A DNA stretch of 64,000 nucleotides from an uncultured Actinomycetes bacterium (GTDB lineage: Bacteria > Chloroflexota > Dormibacteria > Aeolococcales > Aeolococcaceae): contig CAZDTK010000002.1 of NCBI GenBank assembly GCA_964508345.1, forward strand, positions 7,389 to 71,388, in the 5' to 3' direction. Positions 10,939-19,971 of this stretch are shown here, piece after piece. The number at the start of each line of letters is the position of its first letter. Position 1 is the stretch's first letter. The position numbers and the translations under genes are program-made. The notes beneath the pieces were generated by a model. It made no database searches and was not told the DNA's origin. It saw nothing but the letters and a program-made list of their open reading frames with translations.

Positions 10939-11919
10939 TCAGGCCTCCTGCCGGGCGCGCGGATCGATGAAGGCGTAGACGACGTCGGCGATCAGGTTGG
11001 CCATCAGGACGACCAGGACGATGACCACGAACACCCCCTGGACCAGCGGGTAGTCGTGGTTGATGACCGCCTGGAAGAGGAGGTGGCCGACCCCGGGGTA
11101 GTCGAAGACGACCTCGACCAGGAGCTGCCCGGCGACCACCAGGCTGATGGCGAGCGAGAAGTTGGAGATGCTGGGCAGGATGGCGTTGCGGGCCGCGTAC
11201 CACACCACCCGGCGCGAGGGCAGGCCCTTGGCCCGCGCCACCAGGACGAAGTCCTCGTCCATGGTGGTGAGCATCTGGTTGCGCATCCCCAGGAGGAAGC
11301 CGGCCATGGAGGCGAGCACGACCGTCGCACCGGGAAGCAGACCGTGGCCGATGATGCTCGAGATGTAGGGCCAGTTCATCCCCGGGGTGGTCGTGATGTC
11401 GTAGCCGTACTCGGGTGGAAACCACTTGAGGATGCTGGCGAAGAGCTCGATCAGGACCATGGCCAGGAAGAAGTAGGGGATGGCCTGGAAGAAGGTGGAT
11501 GCGGGCACGAACCAGTCCAGCCGGGAGCCGCGCAGCCAGCCCAGCACGATGCCGATCGTGGTGCCGAGCACGAAGCTGATCACGGTCGCGACCCCGAGCA
11601 GTCCGACGGTCCAGGGGAGGTACTCGCCGATCAGGGTGCTCACCGGCTGGCTGCCCTGGAAGTAGGAGACGCCGAGGTTGCCCTGGAACAGGCCGCCCAG
11701 GTACCCGAGGTACTGGAGGATGAGGGGGGTGTGGCTGCCGACACCGAACTCCGCGATCAGGGACCTGACGCAGTAGGGGTCGCAGCCGTGCTGGGAGGCG
11801 TTGGCGATGATGCCCGCGACCGGGTTGCCCGGGACCATGCGGGGCAGGAAGAAGCTGACGGTGACCGCCACCCAGGCGGCGATGATGTAGAAGCCGATGC
11901 GCCGCAGGATGAAACGCAC
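10939..11919 (-). CDS. ABC transporter permease (OppB/DppB-like)
   Basis: GTG start giving VRFILRRIGFYII, preceded by GGGGAGG. EAA loop ARAKGLPSRRVVWYAARNA. The listed 418-aa ORF is over-extended. Confidence 0.85.
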   Translation of the reverse strand: MRFILRRIGFYIIAAWVAVTVSFFLPRMVPGNPVAGIIANASQHGCDPYCVRSLIAEFGVGSHTPLILQYLGYLGGLFQGNLGVSYFQGSQPVSTLIGEYLPWTVGLLGVATVISFVLGTTIGIVLGWLRGSRLDWFVPASTFFQAIPYFFLAMVLIELFASILKWFPPEYGYDITTTPGMNWPYISSIIGHGLLPGATVVLASMAGFLLGMRNQMLTTMDEDFVLVARAKGLPSRRVVWYAARNAILPSISNFSLAISLVVAGQLLVEVVFDYPGVGHLLFQAVINHDYPLVQGVFVVIVLVVLMANLIADVVYAFIDPRARQEA

Positions 11920-11920
11920 G

Positions 11921-12979
11921 TCAGCCGGCCTCCCCGGCCAGCCTGGGAGCGATGGGGGCGGAGGAGAGACGGACCTCCAGCCGGGTGGTGAGAAGCACCT
12001 TGCGGGGCGGCCGGTCCGGGGCGTGGATCGCGTCCATGAGCAGACGGGCCATCTCCCTGCCCATCTCCTCGATGGGCTGGCGGACGCTGGTGAGGGGCGG
12101 CTGGAGGCCGGCCGCCATCGGGTCGTCGTCGTAGCCCACCACGGCAACGTCCTCGGGGACGCGACGGCCCGCCTCGGCGAGCGCGGCGAGCACACCCACG
12201 GCCATCAGGTCCGAGGCCACGAAGACGGCGTCGAGTCGCGGCCGCTTGATCAGAAGGAAGCGCATCGCCCGAGCACCCCCGTCGCGGGTGAAGTCGCCGG
12301 CCTCGATCAGGGCGTCGTCGGCGGGCACGCCGGCGGCCTTCAGACCCTCCTGATAGCCGCGCAGGCGGTCCTGCCCGGCGGGAACGTCCTTGCGCCCGGT
12401 GACCGTGGCGATGGTGCGCCGTCCGCCGGAGACGAGATGGGCGATCGCGTGGGCGGCACCGGAGACGTTGTCGACATCCACGTGGTTGAACTTGTCCGCC
12501 TCGGTGGGGCGGCCGCCGATCACGAGCGGGATGCCCCGGGCGGCGAGCCGCGCGGGCAGGGGGTGCGAGCTCGGCAGCGAGACCAGCAGCGCGCCGTCGA
12601 CGTGGGCGGCGGCGACGTAGCGCTCCACCCGGTCGGCCTCAGGGGCGGACTGGGGGGCGAGCAGGACCAGCTGCATGTCGCGTGAGGTGAGGACGTCGCC
12701 CAGCCCGCGGATGAGGCGGGGAAAGAACGGGTCACCGAACAGCAGGCTGGTCGGCTCGAACACGACCAGGGCCACCGCATCGCTGCGCCCGGTGGCCAGG
12801 GCCCGCCCCGCCTGGTTGGGCACGTAGCCCAGCTTGCTGGCTGCGCGCTCGACGGCACGGCGCGCGTCCGGGCTCACGCGGGGATCGGAGGTGAGGACTC
12901 GCGACGCGGTCGCACGGGAGACGCCCGCCGCCTGCGCCACTTCTTCAAGGGTCACTTTCGGGCTGTGAATTTCCTTCAT
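11921..12979 (-). CDS. LacI-family transcriptional regulator
   Basis: N-terminal HTH VTLEEVAQAAGVSRATASRVL and a periplasmic-binding-fold effector domain. Divergently placed at the head of the transporter operon. Confidence 0.85.
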   Translation of the reverse strand: MKEIHSPKVTLEEVAQAAGVSRATASRVLTSDPRVSPDARRAVERAASKLGYVPNQAGRALATGRSDAVALVVFEPTSLLFGDPFFPRLIRGLGDVLTSRDMQLVLLAPQSAPEADRVERYVAAAHVDGALLVSLPSSHPLPARLAARGIPLVIGGRPTEADKFNHVDVDNVSGAAHAIAHLVSGGRRTIATVTGRKDVPAGQDRLRGYQEGLKAAGVPADDALIEAGDFTRDGGARAMRFLLIKRPRLDAVFVASDLMAVGVLAALAEAGRRVPEDVAVVGYDDDPMAAGLQPPLTSVRQPIEEMGREMARLLMDAIHAPDRPPRKVLLTTRLEVRLSSAPIAPRLAGEAG

Positions 12980-13001
12980 TGGAAGCGGTTCCACACTCTA
13001 G
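12980..13001. promoter_or_regulatory. Palindromic LacI-type operator TGGAAGCGGTTCCA, plus an overlapping -10-like TAGAGT on the minus strand, directly upstream of and overlapping the lacI start
   Basis: 14-bp near-perfect palindrome (12 of 14). The LacI ATG lies about 5 nt downstream on the minus strand. A -10-like TAGAGT sits about 22 nt upstream of the ATG. Confidence 0.55.
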
Positions 13002-13025
13002 GGAGGGCCCTGATGGGGTGTCAAT

Positions 13026-13075
13026 CACCCCAACGGGTGATTGGCGGTGGCACTCACCCCGTTGGGTGATGCCGC
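13026..13075. terminator. Two tandem hairpins (ATCACCC-CAAC-GGGTGAT and TCACCC-CGTT-GGGTGA) downstream of the MCP gene
   Basis: Perfect 7-bp and 6-bp stems. They lie between the MCP 3' end (13176) and the lacI promoter. No U-tract, so intrinsic-terminator function is uncertain. Confidence 0.35.
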
Positions 13076-13175
13076 GGCCAGAGCCGCCTCACGCAGCCGG
13101 GACAAGCTGATCCCGAACGCGGGAGCACCGAACCCGGGGGCGGCCTGAGGCCGGGCGCCGGCGCGCTCCCACCCG

Positions 13176-15269
13176 TCAGTTGTGGTCCGAACGGGCGTTC
13201 CTCGGTGGCGCCATCCCGACCTTGGTGGGCTCGGGGCGCCGCGACCCGGCGGCCGGAGCGCTGCGCGGGGCCAGTGGCTCGGCGTGGCCGTCAGCCCCCC
13301 GAACCCGACTCCCTCCGTCCGCGACCACCCGGTCCGCCCCCGGGCGGTGCCCGTTGCCGCTCGGGACCGTGGTCTCGACGGCGGAGACCTGCTTGAGGTC
13401 GCCGGCCATCGCCGCCTGGCTCCCCGAGGCGAGGGCCAGCTCCTGGGCGGTGGTCGAGACCTGCTGGCTGGCGACGCGCACCTGCTCCATGGCCTCCACG
13501 ACCTGCTCGGTCGCCGACTGCTGCTGCTGGGTGGCCAGCCGGATGCCCGAGCTCGCCTCGGCCACGCGCTCCATGAGAACGAGGCCGTCCCTCAGCTGCT
13601 CGGCCCCCTTGTCCATCGCCAGCACGGTGGCGCTGGCCTCACCCTGGACGTTCTGGGTGATGTTGGCGATGTCGGCGGCCAGCGTCTTGGAACGGTCCGC
13701 GAGACGGCGCACCTCGTCGGCGACGACCGCGAAGCCGCGCCCCGCCTCGCCGGCGCGGGCGGCCTCGATGGCCGCGTTGAGGGCGAGGAGGTTGGTCTGG
13801 TCGGCGAGGTCATTGATCATGGAGAGGATCCGGGCGATGTCGCGAACACGGTCGGTGAGGCTCAGGGTCCGCTCGCTCGAGGCGAGGATGTCCTCGCGGG
13901 CCCGCTCCAGCCGGTCCCGGGTCTCGGCCGCCTGGGCGGCGACCCGGTCCACGGTCTCGGCGATCTGGCCCGAGGTGCGCGCCAGCTCCTCCATGCTCGC
14001 GGATGTCTCGGTGGCGCTCGAGCTCTGCCGGGCCGTGGTCGCGGCCAGCTGGTTGGAGGCCGCCGCCAGCCGGATCGCCGAATCGGAGAGGTCGATGCTG
14101 GTGCCCTGCACCCGGCCGATCAGCGACTCGAGGCGTGCGACCATCAGGTTGAACGCCTCCCCCAGGCTCGCGATCTCCTCCGCGCCTGCCGGGGAGACGC
14201 GCGCGGTGAGGTCACCTCCGGAGACCCGGCGGGCGGCCCGGGAGAGGGCATCGATGGGACGCACCTCCAGCTGGGCCATCACGAAGGAGAACAGCGCGGC
14301 GAGCACCAGTCCGAGGCCCAGGAGGATGAATCCCCAGTTGCGCAGGCTGTCGACGCCCGCCAGTGCCTGCCCGGCGGGCTCGCTGACCAGGACTGCCCAC
14401 GAGACAGAGGGGACCTCCGCGTACCCGGTCATGGTGTCGGTGCCGTCGATGGTGATGCGGGCCGAGCCGGAGCCACCCTTGAGGGCGTCGACAACGGCGG
14501 CATTGCTGATCCGGGTGCGCAGCGCGCCCAGGGCCAGCATCCGCGCCGAGGTGAGCGTGGCCGGGCTGCCCATCGAAGTCCTGTAGATGAGGCTCTTCGA
14601 GCTGTCGACGGCGGTGACCGAGGTCGTGACACCGCCCGACCCGGTGACCCCGGAGAAGAGGCCGGCGAGCTGGTTGCTGCCGCCACCGGGCCCCGTCCAG
14701 GGCTCCAGGCCGACGGCGCCCACCAGCAGGCCGTAGAAGGCGTTGTTGTTGGTGCTGGCCGGCACCGCGAACAGCCACTGGAGATCGTCGCCGGTCGCGT
14801 TCAGGGTGAGGTCGCCGACGTACGGCTGATCGCTCTCGGCGATCCCCGTCACCCATGGCTGGCCGGCCAGGGAAACGGCGCCGGCGGCGCCGGTGGAGGC
14901 GGCGGTGTTGCCGTTGGCATCGACCAGCTCGATCTCGTCGAAGGGGTCGTTGGTCGTGGCGCGGGCCAGCAGTTCGATGCCCGTCTGGGCCGAGTTGGCA
15001 CCGGAGGTCGAGATGAGGTTGGCCAGCTGGGTCAGCTCGCGCTCCCGATCCTGCACCCAGGACTCGACCTTGCTGGACACCTCCTGGGCCACGCTCTGCA
15101 CACCGTTGGAGGTCGAGGTGGTGAGACTCCCCTCGGCGATGTTGGCCAGGACGAGGACCATCGAGCCCGACACCAGCACGCAGATGGCGAGGACACCCGC
15201 GAGGTAGCGGACGACGTAACGGCCGCGGAGGCTGTCGAAGCTGGCCACCGCGCTCCTCAGAATGTCCAC
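13176..15269 (-). CDS. Methyl-accepting chemotaxis protein with a large periplasmic sensor domain, HAMP and MCP signalling domain
   Basis: N-terminal TM, a roughly 250-aa periplasmic domain, a second TM, HAMP, and a highly conserved signalling region [36 protein letters not shown] start. Confidence 0.85.
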   Translation of the reverse strand: MDILRSAVASFDSLRGRYVVRYLAGVLAICVLVSGSMVLVLANIAEGSLTTSTSNGVQSVAQEVSSKVESWVQDRERELTQLANLISTSGANSAQTGIELLARATTNDPFDEIELVDANGNTAASTGAAGAVSLAGQPWVTGIAESDQPYVGDLTLNATGDDLQWLFAVPASTNNNAFYGLLVGAVGLEPWTGPGGGSNQLAGLFSGVTGSGGVTTSVTAVDSSKSLIYRTSMGSPATLTSARMLALGALRTRISNAAVVDALKGGSGSARITIDGTDTMTGYAEVPSVSWAVLVSEPAGQALAGVDSLRNWGFILLGLGLVLAALFSFVMAQLEVRPIDALSRAARRVSGGDLTARVSPAGAEEIASLGEAFNLMVARLESLIGRVQGTSIDLSDSAIRLAAASNQLAATTARQSSSATETSASMEELARTSGQIAETVDRVAAQAAETRDRLERAREDILASSERTLSLTDRVRDIARILSMINDLADQTNLLALNAAIEAARAGEAGRGFAVVADEVRRLADRSKTLAADIANITQNVQGEASATVLAMDKGAEQLRDGLVLMERVAEASSGIRLATQQQQSATEQVVEAMEQVRVASQQVSTTAQELALASGSQAAMAGDLKQVSAVETTVPSGNGHRPGADRVVADGGSRVRGADGHAEPLAPRSAPAAGSRRPEPTKVGMAPPRNARSDHN

Positions 15270-15585
15270 GTCGGCTTACCCGCACCTCGACTGCAGTCAG
15301 GCCCGGCTCCCTGCGGCCAAGCCCTGACGGCCGCATCATCCCGCGGGCCCTGTGACAGCGCCGATGCACCATGCCGAAGCTGGGTGACGGCGATTGACGA
15401 TGGTTGCCGGTTCGTCACGGGTCGGTTGCCCGCCGCGACCCGCCCGTGGGCACGCGGTTGAGCTGCCGTCACGGTCTGGTTTCCCGCCGGCGGGAGGGCT
15501 TCGCGACGAGGGCTGGTCTGTCGCTCAGCCCTCCCCGGCTGGGAATCGTCTCCGTTCTCATCCGGCGACGACGAGGCCACCTCGG

Positions 15586-15607
15586 TGAGAGCGTTTCCAC
15601 ACTCTAG
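15586..15607. promoter_or_regulatory. Second copy of the GCGtTTCCACACTCTAG motif (LacI half-site-like plus a -10-like TAGAGT on the minus strand), about 320 nt upstream of the MCP start
   Basis: 19 of 20 nt identical to the sequence at 12983-13001. It lies in the 440-bp intergenic region between the MCP start and the holB end. Confidence 0.4.
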
Positions 15608-15712
15608 ACGCCGCGAACGGAACTGTCAACCGGCCGGCCCACGGGCACGGGCGGCAGGCGCCGCGAGCGGTCCCATCGCTCCGCATCCCCGGGGGGGCGC
15701 CTCCCCGCCAAT

Positions 15713-16714
15713 TCAGGAGGTCGTCGAGGGAGCGGAGAACCCGCCGAACGCGTCGAGGAAGAGGGCGTCGAGAAGCAGCAGCGGCTGGGCGTACGCAGCC
15801 ACCTCCACGCTCGCCCGGAGCAGGCTGTCCAGGATCCGCCCGGGCCTTCCCGGTGGAAGCGCTCTCGCCCAGGCTTCCGCCTCGCGGCTCCGGCTGCGCA
15901 GCCGGGCCAGCTCGGGGGCGCCGGCTGCCCGGACCGCCACGTCGCGGACGAACGAGGCCCAGATGGAGAGGTCGAGGAGGAGGCGCTCCCGGCCCTCGCC
16001 TCCGGACCCGGGGGCCAGCTCAGCCGCAGCCGCCAGGGCGGCCGGGGCTCCGCCCCCGGCGACGGCGAGGAAGCGATCGAGCACAGCGAGCTCGCCGCTC
16101 AACGCAGCGGGATCCCCCGTGAGCCGGAGCGCGCGGCCGGGGCGACCCGCTCCCAGCTCGGCGGCCAGCTCCGCGGTGGCCGCGTCCACGCGGTGACGCT
16201 CGCGCAGCCAGGCCTCGATCGCCGCGCCCTCCACCAGACCCAGGTGGAGCTGGACGCAGCGCGAGACGATGGTGGCGGGGAGTCGCTCGGGGCTGTGCGC
16301 GGTGAGCAGGAGATGGGTGCGCGGAGGCGGTTCCTCGACGGTCTTGAGCAGGGAGTTGGCAGCCTCCTCGGTGAGCCTGTCGGCGCGGGCGAGGATCGCG
16401 ACCCTCGCACCGCCGGCATAGGGCCGCAGGCTGAGGAACTCCTGGAGGCTCCCCGGGTCCCCCCCCGCCCGCATCCGGCGGATCGAGATCCGCTCCTCTG
16501 TCGAGTCCTCCATCCAGAGGTCGGGGTGGCTGGAGAGATCGCCGGGCCAGGATCCACGCGGCAGCAGCTCGGCGGCGAGGCCGCGCAGCAGAGTGGTCTT
16601 GCCCACCTGGTCCGGCCCGGTGACGAGCAGCGCATGGCCGAGCTCGCCGGTGTCCAGGGCGCGTCGGAGTCCCGCCACGGCTCCGGGGTTGCCGAGGAAG
16701 TCGGCGAGCTCCAC
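15713..16714 (-). CDS. holB: DNA polymerase III delta' subunit
   Basis: 333 aa. AAA+ N-domain with GPDQVGKTT (Walker A-like). Typical HolB layout. Confidence 0.8.
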   Translation of the reverse strand: MELADFLGNPGAVAGLRRALDTGELGHALLVTGPDQVGKTTLLRGLAAELLPRGSWPGDLSSHPDLWMEDSTEERISIRRMRAGGDPGSLQEFLSLRPYAGGARVAILARADRLTEEAANSLLKTVEEPPPRTHLLLTAHSPERLPATIVSRCVQLHLGLVEGAAIEAWLRERHRVDAATAELAAELGAGRPGRALRLTGDPAALSGELAVLDRFLAVAGGGAPAALAAAAELAPGSGGEGRERLLLDLSIWASFVRDVAVRAAGAPELARLRSRSREAEAWARALPPGRPGRILDSLLRASVEVAAYAQPLLLLDALFLDAFGGFSAPSTTS

Positions 16715-16788
16715 CCGGGCAGTGTAGCCGCGGCGGAGAGGGCACCCGGATCGCGGGCCCCACCGCCTCTCCGCGCCACAATGCTGCG

Positions 16789-17556
16789 ATGCCCGAGGGA
16801 TCGACGGAGCCGCGCGCCACCCCTCCGCCGTCCCCGCTGGCTCGGCGAAGCCGGTCCGGCTGGACGGTGCCCTGGGACTGGACCGATGTGGCGCTCTTCT
16901 GTGCCCTCTTCCTGACCGCGCTGGTGATCGTCGACAGCATCCTCGAGGACCCCCAGGTGTCGGATTTCGGCAGCCGCCTGCTCCGTGGAGCGAGCGCGGC
17001 GGAGAAGACCGCCGTCGGCAGCCTGGTGCTCGAGGTCGCCTTCTACCTGGTGGGGATCGCGGTGATCCTCGGACTGGTGGTGATCCGCCGGCGGGCGCCG
17101 CTCTCCGAGCTCGGCTGGCGGATCCCGCACCTGGGCTGGATCGCCCTGGCCATCCCCGTCGCCGGCGCCGCCTACCTGATCATCACCGGGATCGGCGACC
17201 TCACCCAGGCCCTCTTCCCGGCCGCCCAGAACGGTCAGGTGCCCGAGGTGCAGGGCGAGTACGGGCACTACGTCGGCCTCGCCATCCCCGCCGTCTCGGT
17301 GGTGGCCCCGATCGTCGAGGAGACCTTCTTCCGGGGATTCATCTACGGCTGGATGCGCCGCCGCCTCAACGTGCCGGTGGCGGCGATCCTCTCCGGCTGC
17401 TTCTTTGCCCTGGTGCACTTCCAGCCGGTCATCTTCTTGCCCCTGGCGGTCCTGGGGGCCGGCCTGGCACTCCTCTATGAGTACTCGGGGTCGCTGCTCC
17501 CGGGGATGGTGGTGCACGGCCTCTTCAACCTCATCGAGATCGTGCAGATCCTCTGA
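16789..17556 (+). CDS. CPBP family intramembrane metalloprotease (CAAX protease / Abi domain)
   Basis: Multi-TM protein. Conserved EETFFRGF and FALVHF motifs of the Abi/CPBP family. Confidence 0.8.
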   Translation: MPEGSTEPRATPPPSPLARRSRSGWTVPWDWTDVALFCALFLTALVIVDSILEDPQVSDFGSRLLRGASAAEKTAVGSLVLEVAFYLVGIAVILGLVVIRRRAPLSELGWRIPHLGWIALAIPVAGAAYLIITGIGDLTQALFPAAQNGQVPEVQGEYGHYVGLAIPAVSVVAPIVEETFFRGFIYGWMRRRLNVPVAAILSGCFFALVHFQPVIFLPLAVLGAGLALLYEYSGSLLPGMVVHGLFNLIEIVQIL

Positions 17557-17570
17557 CCGGCTGGGGCGGA

Positions 17571-19271
17571 TCAGTCCGCCGTGTCGGGGGCGACCGCGGC
17601 GGCCACCGCGTCGCGGACCCCGTGGTGGACGTGGTTGGCACCCACCAGGTCGAGGACGCCGTACCTCTGCAGCAGGTCGTGGATGTCCTCGACGTGGGCG
17701 AGGTGCACGCTCACCGAGCGGGTCCGGAGGTCGCGCAGCAGGGTGAGCAGCACCTGGCCGGCCGTGTAGTCGATGTCGGCGACCGGCGAGAGGTCGAGGA
17801 CCACCCAGCTGACCGGGTCCGGCGCGGCGGCGATCAGGGCCAGCAGCCGCTCCCGGAACCGGTCGGCGTTGGCGAAGAAGAGCCTGCCGTCGAAGCGGTA
17901 GGCGATGCCACCCGGAAGGGTCTCGACCCCGGGGCGGGCGGGCTCGGGAACGAGGCCGCCCTCCGCCTCGTTCATCACCATCACGGTATCCCGGGGCCGG
18001 TAGGCGACGCGGACGAAGTCGAGGACCGAGAGCGCCACCGCGAGCGCGATCCCCTGCTCAACACCGATCAGCACGACGACCAGAGCGGTGATGGCCGCGA
18101 CCGCGAACTCGTCACGGCGCAGCCGCCACAGCTCGCGCAGATGGCGGACGTCGACCAGGTGGATGCCGATCACGAACACCACCGCGGCCAGGGTCGCGTC
18201 GGGGAGGAAGTGGAGCAGGGCCGTGGCCGCAGCCAGCACGGCCAGCGCGACCGCTGCCATCACCAGCTGGGCCAGCTGGGTGCGCGCCCCGGCCTGGTCC
18301 ACCACCGCGGTCTTGGTGGGGCTGCCGTTGACGCAGAAGGTGCCGGTCACCCCGGCGGCCAGGTTGGCGACGGCGAGTCCGAGCAGGTCGCGGTCCTCGT
18401 TGAGCGGCTCCTCGTGCTTCTGGGCGAAGCTGCGCGCGGTGGCCGCGCTCTGGGCAAGGACGACCACGAAGATGGAGGCGGCGACGGCGGCCAGTCCCGG
18501 GACCTGACCCCAGGCGAAATGGGGGAGGGCGATCGGGGGGAGCCCCGCCGGGACCGACCCCACGATCGCGACGCCCACGCGGTCGAGGCGGAGGGCGGCG
18601 GTCAGGATGATCGAGGCCGCCACCACCAGCAGGGTGCCGGGGAGCCGCTTGGAGACGCGCTCGAGGAGGAGGAGGACGGCCACCGCGGCGACCGCCAGGA
18701 TCCCCGCCGGGACGACGATGTGGCCGAGCGAGCCCAGCACCTTGCCCGCCTGGCTGATCACGCTGCCGCTGGCGTGGATGCCGAGCATGCCGGGCAGCTG
18801 GGTGAGGGCGACCTGGACGCCGACCCCGGTGAGGAAGCCGACCAGGACGGTGCGGGAGAGGAAGTCGGCGAGAAAGCCGAGCCGGAGCAGTCGGGCGACC
18901 AGCAGGTAGAAGGCGGCGAGCAGGGCGATCACCGAGGCCAGCCCGACGTACTCCGGGCTCGCCGGTTTGGCGATGCCGATCAGCGCCGCGAACATGATGG
19001 CGGCGGTCGCCGAGTCCGCCCCCACCACGAGATGGCGCGACGACCCGATCAGGGCGAAGACGATGACCGGGAGGGCGAGCGTGTAGATGCCGGTGATCAC
19101 CGGCATCCCCGCGATCTTCGTGTAGCCCATCGACTCGGGGATGGCAACGGCGGCGAGGGTTGCCCCCGCGATGACGTCGGCGACGACGGTCGCGCGGGTG
19201 GTGCCGGCCAGGCCCTGGATCAGCGCGAGCGGTCCGGCCCGCTGCGGCGCGGCGTTATCGGTGTCGGTCAC
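17571..19271 (-). CDS. SulP family sulfate/anion permease with a C-terminal STAS domain
   Basis: 566 aa. Sulfate_transp core (AIPESMGYTKIAGMPVITGIYT) and a STAS-like C-terminus. Confidence 0.9.
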   Translation of the reverse strand: MTDTDNAAPQRAGPLALIQGLAGTTRATVVADVIAGATLAAVAIPESMGYTKIAGMPVITGIYTLALPVIVFALIGSSRHLVVGADSATAAIMFAALIGIAKPASPEYVGLASVIALLAAFYLLVARLLRLGFLADFLSRTVLVGFLTGVGVQVALTQLPGMLGIHASGSVISQAGKVLGSLGHIVVPAGILAVAAVAVLLLLERVSKRLPGTLLVVAASIILTAALRLDRVGVAIVGSVPAGLPPIALPHFAWGQVPGLAAVAASIFVVVLAQSAATARSFAQKHEEPLNEDRDLLGLAVANLAAGVTGTFCVNGSPTKTAVVDQAGARTQLAQLVMAAVALAVLAAATALLHFLPDATLAAVVFVIGIHLVDVRHLRELWRLRRDEFAVAAITALVVVLIGVEQGIALAVALSVLDFVRVAYRPRDTVMVMNEAEGGLVPEPARPGVETLPGGIAYRFDGRLFFANADRFRERLLALIAAAPDPVSWVVLDLSPVADIDYTAGQVLLTLLRDLRTRSVSVHLAHVEDIHDLLQRYGVLDLVGANHVHHGVRDAVAAAVAPDTAD

Positions 19272-19355
19272 GGCGCGTGGCAGTCTAACCCGGGTCCGCT
19301 TCCCGAGTCCCCATCGTGCCCGGGTCGCTCCGCTCCTCCTGGACGCGCGCGGCGC

Positions 19356-19957
19356 TCAGGAATCGGTGGGGGCGATGCGGCGGGCGTCCCGCCAGACCAT
19401 CCAGATCCGCTGCAGAGCGGTCACGTTGGTGAGCACGGCGAGCACCCAGAGCGCCGGGATGAGCAGGAGGGGGACGACCAGCCCGGCCACCGTGATCACC
19501 ACCCGCTCGGGGCGGGCGAGCAGGCCGCCGTCGCACTTGAAACCGAGTGACTGCGCCCGGGCACGCACGTAGGACACGAGCAGCGAGCCGCCCAGCGCCA
19601 CCACCACCAGCATCGCCGGCAGCTCGCCCCCACTCCGCGAAACGAAGTGGTAGAGGAGGGCGGCGTAGGTGACGATCTCGGCGTAGCGGTCCGTGGTCGA
19701 GTCGAGGAAGGCGCCGTAGGGGTGCACCCGGTTGGTGGCCCGCGCCACCGCACCGTCCAGGATGTCGAACAAACCGGCGAAGAGCAGCACCAGGCCGCCC
19801 GGGATGAGCAGGCCGAAGCCGATCAGCACGGCGGCGCCGATGGTGACCGCCAGGCCGGTCAGGGTCAGATCGTTGGGGGTGACGCCGCGGAGGTGGATCG
19901 CGGTGACCAGGCGCCGTGCCTGGCGGCGCACCCACTCCTGGAAGCGTTGCGTGAACA
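19356..19957 (-). CDS. pgsA: CDP-alcohol phosphatidyltransferase (phosphatidylinositol-phosphate synthase, PgsA1-like)
   Basis: About 200 aa from MFTQRF. CDP-OH_P_transf motif DILDGAVAR...DSTTDRYAE. Sits directly after pimA, as in actinobacterial PI/PIM clusters. Confidence 0.8.
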
Positions 19958-19971
19958 TCCCGGCTCCGCCC

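Noticed and set aside
13182-15461. 759-aa + strand ORF
   Set aside because: Antisense shadow of the methyl-accepting chemotaxis protein gene. Repetitive Gly/Arg/Asp content.
15257-15580. 107-aa minus-strand ORF immediately upstream of and overlapping the MCP start
   Set aside because: Low-complexity Pro/Arg/Ala-rich product. Third-codon-position GC is not elevated as in genuine genes of this genome. Better interpreted as a long 5' leader (see finding).
17622-19550. 642-aa + strand ORF, plus 19285..19935 and 19732..21384
   Set aside because: Antisense to SulP, pgsA and pimA respectively. The composition is an Asp/Gly/Arg/His-rich frame artefact.
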